NCBI GenBank assembly: GCA_964187785.1
Contig: OZ076409.1
Span: 69,194,001-69,258,000, forward strand
DNA: 64,000 bases
Source of the DNA: Amphiscolops sp. MND2022
Lineage: Eukaryota
Reading direction: 5' to 3'
Positions 13,202 through 23,597 of the stretch are shown piece after piece. The notes beneath the pieces are model-generated. The model was not told the origin of the DNA. It worked only from the letters and a program-made list of their open reading frames with translations, and did not search any database. The position numbers and the translations under genes were made by a program. Positions within the stretch are counted from its first letter, which is position 1, and each line of letters begins with the position of its first letter.

Positions 13202-14508
13202 TTAATGAAGATCAGTTGAATTAAAAAGAGTAGTTATGGTTTCCAAAGCAGATTGAATTGCTTGGGATGACTGAGTAATGCGTTGAGAGTCTAGATCGAG
13301 TGTCTGTAAGAGTTTGTGTGTTCTGTCATAGCAGTGTAGTATGTGTGTGAGTGTGATGATGGGCGTTTCAGAAGGTGTTCGTTTATATGGGTCTACGAGA
13401 TTTGTTATATCTCGAAGTGTTCGATTGTTCAAGACAGAAGAAAGTTTTTCAGGCGTGTTTTCTATTGGTGATGAAGGTATTTTATGTTCTGATTTCTGTT
13501 CAGCTTGTACCATAAACGAAGTGGTTTTGGCGGCGATAAATAGAAGTTCGTTTTATGAGTATGTCTGTTTGTAGAGAGCTGTATAATATGTTTTGTCTTT
13601 GTCATCGAGTGGAGAAGAGACAAAATATTTACTAACAGTGAGAGGTTTTACTATCTGTGTAGGAACGTTGCAAGGCAACAAAAATTATTCTTGAGGTACA
13701 ATAAGTGTGCGTGAAGTGTTATTGTATGGCAGTAAACAGTAGTACTGTTTTATAGGATCATAGTTTCTAGATATCCTGTTATACACGAGTGATCAAGAGT
13801 GTAGATGTTTGTCATTGTGAAGGGTGATGTATATTTGTAATTGACGAAAATGTAATTCTTTGGTTTTGTATGCTGTAGAAATTTAGTGTATGTTTGATAA
13901 TGAGTGGCTTTTTGTGATACAGAGAGAAAAAACGGATCAGATTTGTCTGTTTTCAAATCGTATATAGATGGGCGAAGAAAGTTAAATAGTAGAGAAAAGA
14001 TTTTGACTCCATTATCGAGCCAGTATTGGTATGGACCCATGATTTTGGAAGCAATATATGTGAAGAAGTCTTGATTTTTGTCATATAAGCGGAATGTATA
14101 GTCTGTAGGATGCATGTAGAGAGAAGTTAGTTGTGCTTTGAAGGTGAAATCATCATGAAAAAGAAGTGAAATCAAATGATCATCACAATTTGTAGAAAGA
14201 GAAGTGTTTGTAGATATGAAAGGAGGATAGATTGATGACGAAAGAAAGACAGGATCTTTCATTATTTCATATCGTTTTTTTGGAGAAGGTGGCGTTGCGT
14301 GTGTATGATCAATATCATTGAGAGGAGTTGAAACCGTCGATGTATCATGTTCAATTTCTTCTTGTTCCAATTGTTCAAGAGACGTGGTAGGTATTGGTTC
14401 AGAAGTGTCAATATATAGAACAAGAGAATCATTTAGAAGAGGTCTCGTTGTGAGATCTGAGGTGGCTTGTTCAAGTTGATTTTGTAGATCGACTAATGCT
14501 TGTGTCAT
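13202..14508 (-). pseudogene. Accessory ORF A of the large LTR element (orphan, ~435 aa)
   Basis: Likely start MTQALVDLQ (ATG at 14508). One frameshift near 13760 and two in-frame TAA codons link ORF 13750-14598 to ORF 13202-13513 through coding-like sequence (NYDPIKQYYCLLPYNNTSRTLIVPQE*FLLPCNVP...TYS*NELLFIAAKTTSFMVQAEQ). Confidence 0.6.
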
Positions 14509-14818
14509 TGTGTTAAAAACATCAACAATCACAGTGTTATCTTTTCCAAGAGGCCTTAGCACTTTAAAGTATTGGACAATACAAGTACTGTAATACACTA
14601 ACGAGTTGATTTGTCAACTTTTGAAGGAGAGCTTTTGAGAACTGCAAGGATGATGGGAGTGCTGTTTATTTGCGGAACGTGGATTTCTACAAGAGTTTCT
14701 AGAGTTGTAGGAGTAGCAATTTTGAGAAGTTAGTAGGATTGAAAATTTGAAGAGTTGAAAGTGATGAAGAGGAGCGAAGTGTTCTGAAGGAGAGTTGACA
14801 AGCAAACTGAGAGGGAGT

Positions 14819-17061
14819 TCAAGAAGATGGCGGAGAAAAGGGATAATTTACTCGTGAAAAAATTTTAATAGGTGTATCCGTATTAGATGTGACAGAAGTA
14901 ATAATTATGGTGTCATGTTGAGTGGCTAAATTGTCATTCGGATGTGAGTTTGGAGTGGAATAATTAGGAAGTGAAAGATGTTGTTCAGAAGAATAAAGCG
15001 TAGATGGTTGAAAAGTAATTTTCGATTGAGAAAAGTGATGTCTTTTCGGAAATAAATTAAATTTTGGTATCTGGAGTTTATTAGGACGTTTAGCATAGAA
15101 AGATTGGAGGGGAAGTAATACCGGTAGAATGGTTAATTAAATTGGTTGAAGTGTCAGAGAGATGGTCCAGAGATTTGGATTTAAAAAAGAGATTTTTTGG
15201 TTTTTTATTTTGGGTATCATGAAGGTCATTGACCATTTGTGCTGTAAGGATGGTAAAGAAACCATGTGCTATTGAACTAAATAAAGTAATATTATTTTTT
15301 AAATTACATTTAATAGATATTGTTTTGTAAAGTTTGACAATGAGTGTAAGGGTAGCTTGTACAAAAAGAAATGTAGAAAAGTATATACCACATTGTGTGA
15401 GAATATAACAAGGGTATCCAAAAAGTGCAATAAAAGCATCTGAAAACCATGTAGGTGTAAAAAGAGGAGTTAAATTTAAAAGTTTATCATGGAGTCCTAT
15501 ACGTAATGTATTGTAAGGATTACCAGAATCTTGAGGGGAATTTGCATCATAGTTAGGAGTATTATATGAAATGAACGAATAACTAAGAGCTTTACCTAGT
15601 AATTGAAGTGTAGAATCAGAAAGTTTGGAAAATAAAATACGATTCCAAAAATGATAAAGTTCTGCATTGGATTATATACCAGCATCTTGAGCTGTAAAAG
15701 TGTTAGGGCGCATTGTAGTTTTAATTTGTGAAGGTGTAAACCTTAATGGAGTTTTGCGTTTAACAGGTTCAGGTCCAAGAATGTAAAAATCTTGATCGTC
15801 TGAATCAGGATCTAGTTCAATAATATTACGTTGATTATTATCACATGTAATTGGTGTAGCATAGTCATAGATTTGTCTTGTGATAGGATCAACGTACATT
15901 AAAGTGTCTTTAAAGTGTATAGGTATACGGTCAAAGCATCGATCAGCTTTGTATAAAGGGGGGAATATAAATTTGTTATTTGAAGTGTCCAATACTATTT
16001 TGCCAGAAATAAATTCATCAATCATAGAATGAGGATTGGGTTGTCCTGTATGCATATTGAAACCATCAGCGTATGTAACAAAAAGGTCTGAAAATTGTGT
16101 AGAATGAAGTGCGTCTGGTTTACCACAGAAAGTTTGTGCTGTAGGAAAAACTTCAAAACGTGAAAGACTTGGGTTATTAGGATGTTGTGTATGAGGAGCA
16201 TAAACATATGGATGTTCTGAACCTTTAATACCAGAAGTTGTTTTGGGTTTTATTGAGTGTGGAGAATGTACAAAAGAGTCTGTTTCAATCCAATATCTCT
16301 CTTCGATTTTAGTCATACGTCCAATAAAGTCTTGTAGTGTAAATATTAAGCAGTAATCATCATTAAACCAAACAAGAGTAAAAGGAGTTTTCGTTGTGGG
16401 TTTACAAAAACCATCTGCAAAATAGCAGGGTAATGTATGTCCATCGATTATCATGTCATTAGATGTGTCATCATAAGTAGGTTCTACTTCAGAAATTTCT
16501 AATCGCCAACTACCTAAGTTGACTTCGAATTGGTGATGAGCGGGACAGTTATGGTAAAGGTTTTGCGTAGGGTCATTTATCCAGTTTTTATCTGCAGGCA
16601 TAAAGGTAAAGGTACCTGTATACACTTTGTTTAATTGGTATGCAGTGAAAGGAGTTTGATATTGTTCTAATCGTTCTTGAAAGTAATGATCTTCTAAGAG
16701 TGTGAAAGTTTTATTGTAGTGGAGATTGTTCAATATTTTATCATTTGTACCATTAAGGTGATTTATAATGTTTTTACATTCTAATGGATCAAGAGTAACA
16801 GGAAGCGGTAATGTAGTATGATTCCATACAGTTTTATCAACACGACGGTATATTACGGAACCTAGAAAAAATTTTTCTTTCCTCTTTGGCGTAAGCAACA
16901 CATTTAAAAGCTTTAATGCGTTTAGCTTTTGCTCGGACATATACACGGACTTTAACACTTGCGTGTTTAACGTCAGAAGGAGCTTCAGTGCATTGTTTCA
17001 CATTAACTAAGTTAAACTGTCTCAAATTATGTTGTTCTGCACATTCATAATGGGAAACCAT
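14819..17061 (-). pseudogene. env: env-like class III (chuvirus-type) fusion glycoprotein, disrupted
   Basis: N-terminus HYECAEQHNLRQFNLVNVKQC...FKC; LDPLECKNIINHLNG; C-terminal ectodomain RCFDRIPIHFKDTLMYVDPITRQIYDYATPITC. Past a premature TAA (15672-15674) it reads DAGI*SNAELYHFWNRILF, then a hydrophobic TM segment AFIALFGYPCYILTQCGIYFSTFLFVQATLTLIVKLY (~15330-15437) and a long S/T/P tail. Multiple N-x-S/T sequons. Confidence 0.8.
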
Positions 17062-18415
17062 GAGATTTGTGATATTCGGATCATCCGATGGAAGATAGTT
17101 TTCTGTATCAGAAGGTGTTATGGGTATTAATAAAGGTGAAGTTAAATAACTGTAAATAGAGTATCAGAGTTGTTATATAAGAGGTTGTAAAGAGTTCAAA
17201 AAGAGGTAGTATATTTAAGACCGGAGTATGGGTTACAGATTGTGATTTTGCCATATGTAGTAGTGGGTATATTGAGGTCTCGTTCAACTTCAATGTGTAC
17301 TACTTCAAAAGGAGCAGGAGAGGTATTATGTTCTATTTTGGAGACGTGAAATATTGGATGGGGATTTAAACCTTGAAATTTAACTTCAACTTCGAATTTG
17401 AGTTTTAGATTAGGTGTTTGGAGGCGTTTTAGTTCTGTTTCTTTTCTTTTTTGAGATAAGAGATCGTTATTTGTGATAAAGCGTTCTGCAAGAATAGGAA
17501 ATCGAGGATCGTTTTGTGCGTCGTAGATGGTTATACCATCGACTCGAAGTGGATAGTCAACAGAATTTGGGGTTGGAGGTCTAGATTGATCTGCAGTATA
17601 ATATTCGGGTATTCTAATATGTGCAGGAACAGGAGTAGGTATTATAACTTTTGAGAAAAGATTTCCAGAAAGGATTGCAGTCTGAGCGTCTGAAGAAAGT
17701 AGAGAGGCGGTTTCAAAACCAGATGTGAGATACGGAGAAGGTATAAAGTCTGAGGGATTTGTTTCTGAGGACAACAGTTGTGCGTGTTGTCGTACAAGTC
17801 GTAAAATAGAATTGCTAGCTAGAGCGGATAGATTAAGGGTGGAAGTATCTGTACTAAATCTGCGTGAAGGAAGGTCTGGAAGATTATATCTATGTTGTGG
17901 TACAAAAAGAGAGCTTGTAGTGTCCTGTGAAGAAGTATATTCTGATGTATTGTCTAAGAGGTTTGATAGTGATGTAGAAGGTTTTCGAAGAGGTTTTAGT
18001 GGAGGATAGAGTTTAGAAGAAGTATTGCTGAGTTCTGATGGAGATTTCAGTGGAGGTAGTTTTGTATATTCAATGTCAGGAATGTGTACAAGATTAAGTT
18101 GAGGTTGAAGCCTAGCAGTTTTGATAGCTGTAGGATGTTTGTAATTTACGTATTGTTCAACAGTTTCAGGGTTTGGTATGTGTACTAGGGAGTGTTAATA
18201 GGAGTTTGTTGAGTACGAGTGGTAATAGGGATTTCAGTTACAGGTGGTCTATGAAGGAGGGATGAAGATGATGTTTCAGAAACGTATGATCTTGGTCTTT
18301 TTGAAGGACTAGTAGGAGTTACACTACGAGAATTTATATTGTTTGATTTTGAAGATTCAGGAGTGGAGGGAATACTTGGAGCTGATGGAGATATATCAGA
18401 GGAAGAATCCAGGAT
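17062..18415 (-). pseudogene. Ser/Pro/Thr-rich plus globular ORF directly upstream of env (possible long env leader or separate gene)
   Basis: ORF 17196-17774 plus upstream in-strand S/P/T-rich coding-like sequence (DSSSDISPSAPSIPSTPESSK...). One stop and one frameshift near 17196 and 17150 would fuse it to the env frame (...LTSPLLIPITPSDTENYLPSDDPNITNLMVSHYEC). Confidence 0.5.
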
Positions 18416-18524
18416 TATTGAAATGGGTTTTCAACAGGTTATCGTTGAGATAACTTGTTAGTGATTATCTTTCATTCAGCTGCAGTGACTAGTTTTGAAA
18501 GAGCCAGCGGATAGAATGAAGAGG

Positions 18525-21126
18525 TTACAGTTTTGAGGGTGTAATAAAAAGTATATAATCTAATTTGGGTTGTTCTCGTAGTTTATAGGTAGTTTTCGTA
18601 GTTCTGTCAATTAGAGAAGGAAGTGAATCTGTTTGATTATTAGAAGGGTGTCTTGATCTGTCACTAGGGATATTAGTGTGAGGGGTGTTAATTATATCCT
18701 TGTATAAAGAGTTGTCATTGGTTGAGGGAGTTAAAGACTTGTGATTGGATGTTCTAGATAGTGTATTTTGATTGGAAGTACTGAATGATGATGGTGTCAC
18801 AAATGTTTGAGAAGAATCTTCTGTAGTGGATGGTGTCATGAATGTTTGAGAGTCTTCGTCTGATAAGGATTCGTCTGAACTAAAAGGAGAAGAATCACTG
18901 TTTGCATATTTGATAGGTTGTGGAATTTGGAGGTGAGTTGTGTCTGAAAAGCGCGTGAAACTACGCAATTGTGGATATAAAAGTGGTTCTTTTGGATAAT
19001 ATGGAATCAAATGATTTCGGTGAACATGTATTGTAGAGCCATCTTGTGCAAGTAGTTCATATGTTACATCTGATAGTCTATCAATAATTTTGTATGGTCC
19101 AATCCGAAGTGGTTTTAGTTTGTCAGAAAATTGTACGTGTGTGAAATTTCGTTTTAAAACAAAAGTGCCAATAGGAAGTGGTTTACTTTCGTGGTAGGGT
19201 TTTGTAATGTATGCGTGTGAATTGGTTTTTCGTAAAGTGTTTTCATATACTGTAGAATAAATTTGTAACATAGCAGTTTCCACGGCGAGAAACCATTGTG
19301 GAATGGGTTTTGAAAGTGTTCTATAAAAAAATGGGTTGAGATCTGATTTATCATAGTGTGAGAGTTCTGGAAGTTGGGAGCAATAGCGTGAAATACATGT
19401 TTTTAGAGGTGTCTCTATTAAGATTTAAATCGAAAGTAAGGGGTATTCTGGGTCTTGTGTGAAAAACAATTTCATGAGGAGAAATATTGAGTTCTGAAAG
19501 TGGTTGTGAATTATGTGCATAAGCGTACATATGGACTTGGAATGCCCAATCTTTAGGTGTATCGTGTAAGAACATTCGTAAATGTGTACCAAGATTTCTG
19601 TTTTTTACTTCGACAAGGACATTTGTCCAAGGACAGTAGGCTGTTCTGGGAGAATGACGAATTCCCATGAGTGTACAAAGTTGTGCCATTTCTTTGTTTA
19701 CATATTCTGATCCACGATCAGTAACAAGATATATGGGTGGTCCAAATTTAAAAATCCAATGGTGTAGGAGAGTTTTGATTGCAGTTTTTGCGTTGTTTGA
19801 TTTGATGGGCACCGTAACGACAAAGTGACTAAAAGCGTCAATTATGACATGTATATAGGATTTGTTGTGTGAAGGAGGATTGATAGGTCCTTTAGTGTCC
19901 ATTGAAATGCGGTAATTGAAAGATGGAGCATGTTCTGAGAATGATTGTGTAGGAGCAGTTTGGATTTTCATGTTGAAGTGTTTATTGCGTTGACATTCAA
20001 CACAGTCATGTATGAAAATGGAAAGCCATTTTTCGACAAATGGAATGTAGTAATATTGTGCGAATGTCTTATAGGTAATTTTGATACCTGTATGAGAGTG
20101 TCCATGAAGGTTGTTAAAAACAGTTTTGAACAGTCGGAATGGAAGACATATTCGAATAGTAGCGCGTACAAAATCTGGAGTAGAAGATTGGCTTAGAGTT
20201 GTAGGGTGTTTATTATAAAGTCTAATAAGATTTGTGGAAGCATCTATAAAAAATTGTGAAAATCTTTTGTAATAAGCATGTAGAAAAAGAGTGCCAGTGA
20301 TAAGTGGTGTTAGAGTTTCAGGTTTTTCATTTTTAACGATCCACGAATAAACTGTTCTAAGAACCGGGTCTTGGGATTGTTGTTGTTGAAGTGTTGTTAT
20401 GTCTAATGAGTAGTCATCTGGGAGGAAGAAACCTTGAAAATAGTTTTTGTACTTAAAAAATGATGTATCATAGAAAAGTATAATCTGTGGACAATGTGTA
20501 AGAGATGGTAAGTTTGTTTGTACATTTATTGCAGAAAAAGATTTTTGTGAGGTGCTAGGTGTCGATTTGTTGAGAGTAGAGTAGTTTTCTGTTTGTAATG
20601 TTGTGTCATGTAAGAAGGAAGAGTCAGATTTTGGAATTTTTGTATATATATGATCTTCGTCATCACTTGTAATATCAGTATCATTGAATAAAAGAGATTG
20701 TTGATGAAGGGTTTTATTGTTCTTTTTTATAGGTGTTTTGAACTTGGTTTGAAAATGAGTTATAGATTTGAATGAGAAGGATTGTAAAGGTTTGACAACA
20801 ATGTCATTTCCTTTGTCACTGATACGAATAGAGAATTGATCTGTACCATAATCAGCAAGAATTGGGTGAGAGTCATGTTTTTGGTGAGGTAAGATTTCTT
20901 TATGTTTAATTAAGTAATGTACAGGTTTAAGAGTGCCATTTTGTAAAAGTGCAAAATCAAATTGTGGTGGAAGTTGTAATTCAGCTTTTGTAAAAGAGCG
21001 ACTTAACATATCGGCAACAGAGAGGTTTTTTCCAGGAGTATGAATTATTTTGAGTTTTGTAAATTTCGTTAACTGCATTTGAGCTCTGTAAAAACGAGGA
21101 CTAAGGTTGCCTTTTTTGTAAAACAA
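18525..21126 (-). pseudogene. pol: pol 3' part: RNase H end, long spacer, integrase (HHCC, DDE) and GPY/F-type C-terminal domain; frameshifted
   Basis: ADMLSR; HGHSHTG...CVEC zinc finger; SMDTKGP, VTDRGSEY and LVEVKNRNL catalytic motifs; KLKPLRIGPYKII...VHRNHL. Confidence 0.92.
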
Positions 21127-23597
21127 AGTAAAAAAGCTTTGTGATCAGTAAAAATGTGTATTGGATGGGGAGAACCAATGATAAGAAATTCATAGATTTG
21201 GAGAGCATGTACTATACCAAGAAGTTCTCTGTCTAATGTTGAAAGTTTTTGTTCTTGTGGGTTGAGTATACGAGAGTTGTACGATATAACTTTCATTTTC
21301 TTCTGTTCATTCAATTGGAATAAGACAGCGCCTAATCCAATAAGTGAAGCGTCAACTGTAATGAAAAATGGATGTTTTGTATTTGGTATTGTAAGTTCTG
21401 TTTCAGAAGTAAGAGACATTTTAAGTTTTTGAAAAAGACTTTCGTGTTCATCTGTCCATTTCCAAGGAGTGTTCTCATGTAAAAGATCGTAAAAGGGTTT
21501 AAGGTTCTTATGTAGTTTTTCAATAAATTTGGTGTAAAAGTTAAGTGCGCCAATGGAACTCATTAGAGCAACTTTGCCAGTTGGAGAAGGGATTTAATGG
21601 ATAGCTGCAATTTTCGAATGGATTGGTTTAATTGTATTGTAACCAATTTCATGTCCAAGAAATTTGACTTTAAGAAGCATGAAAAAATATTTTTCAGGGG
21701 CTAGTTCAAGATTGTTTTTTGAACTGATAATATGTAGTTTTTCTATGAGTTGGAACATGTGTTCTTTAGAGTCAGATAAAAGTAATATATCGTCAATGTA
21801 GACAAGGGCAAAACCTTGTTCTATAAGAGTTTTCAAGAAGGTAGACATTTGTTTTGTAATGAAGTTTGGAAGTCCTTTAAGACCAAAGAAGCCTCGGATG
21901 AAAGCGAAGAGTTTATCTCCTGAGGAGAAACTGGTAAGTTTAATAGTGTCTTCATCAAGAGGTGTATGTGCATAGGCATACATAAGGTAAATTGCAGATT
22001 TGTACTTTTTGTTTGCGCGTGCTAATTGTAGAGCAAGAGGTTCAATAGGCCAAGATTCATCGGATTGTTCTGTATTTGAGTTAAGATGTCGAGCATCTAA
22101 TACACATTTTATAGTGTCTCCCTTGGGGAATATAATGAGAGGGTTTAAATAAGTTGTGCCATAAACTGGTTTGTCTTGTGGGGAGGAACCAATTTGTTTG
22201 ATGATGTTATATTTTTCTAGTCCTTTGAGAAGTACCTTAAGTTTGTCTCGGTAATGAATAGGGACTTTAGAAGGACGTTGTGTCATAAGTTGAGCATTAG
22301 GTTTAAGTCTAATACGGAAGGGCGTTGAAATTTTTCCAACATCGTTTTTATGAGTTGCATAACATGTTTTGTATTTGAGTAACATATTGCAAAGGGTAAT
22401 GTATTCAGTGTCTGTAAGGTCAGGAAATTGGAAAATAAATTTATTGATAAACTCCAGATTTTGAGAAGTGTATGGTAGAGAAGGAAAAATGCGTTTTTCA
22501 GAATTGTGAGAAGTAGGTTGAACATTGTATAAAGGAGAAGTTTGATGTAGTGTGTTGGATTTTGTCATATAAATTTGATGTAAGGAAAACTGAGGAGGAG
22601 GAGTTGTAGGATCAACGTAATGTACGATATAGTTAGTTTGTGGAACTGGTTCAGTGATTTCAGGATGGTAGGTATGAGTAACATTATGTATTAAGGTGTT
22701 AACATCGTTTACTTGAAAGAATTTGGCTATTTCATTTGTTATTGGAACTTCGATATATCCAATATGTCCTGTAGGTGGTGTTGCAACATGTTTTGAGGTG
22801 TTCTGGATGATAGTTGCACAAATATCTGGTTTGTCATCTGTTAATACTTCAATAAAATTGAAATTTGTACGAAATTTAGTAGCAAAATAGGTATGTGGTA
22901 CTGAAGGGAAGAAGTGATTTTGTGGTGTAGTTGTAAAGTGAAGGTTATGATAATTTTCTATTGGAAAGTGTGCAATTTTAGAAGACTTGGGTTTTAGACG
23001 GATTTGAGTTTTTGAATTAATTCTATAAATGTAAGAGAAATATGGGCAGTCTTTAGATAGAAGTGTTGTGAACTTTGCATAATTTGGGTGTGTTTTTGAT
23101 TGGTATTTGAATTCGAGTGTAAAGTCTTGTATGTTTTTGTTTTGTATATTGTCTTCAAAGAATGGTGTACCAAGGATGTTGTATTTAATATCCGCTACTG
23201 CAAAAGGTACTGAAAAGTAACGGGAATTTTCATCAATAGTGGTGTTCAAAATTATATTGGCAAAATGTAATATAGGAACTTCGGTTTGATTTGCAACGGT
23301 TAATGTTTTTGAATTTCGAGTTGGTCCTACGTCAGAAGTGTGATTTGGTCTGATATCCAAGAGTTTTGTGAGAGTTATGTATGTTGGGTAATTTAATACA
23401 GAAATGGAAGCACCGCTATCTAGAAGGAATGCAATTTCCAATCTAGATGGGTTGTCTCTTTGTGTTATACTTGATGGTGTATGAACATATAGTGTATAAA
23501 ACCAACTTGTAGGTGTTACAGCGTTTGCCATTGCTGTTGGGTGATACATGTGTACTTCAAATTTTATAGGGTCAGATTGGTCTTGTTGTTGTATCAT
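21069..23597 (-). pseudogene. pol: pol 5' part: aspartic protease, reverse transcriptase and RNase H; frameshifted near 21590
   Basis: LLDSGASIS protease motif; ILGTPF; RT motifs VLDARHLN, GFFGLKGLP, YIDDILL, VKFLGH; RNase H TVDASLIGLGAVL, DRELLGIV, FTDHKA. Confidence 0.95.
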
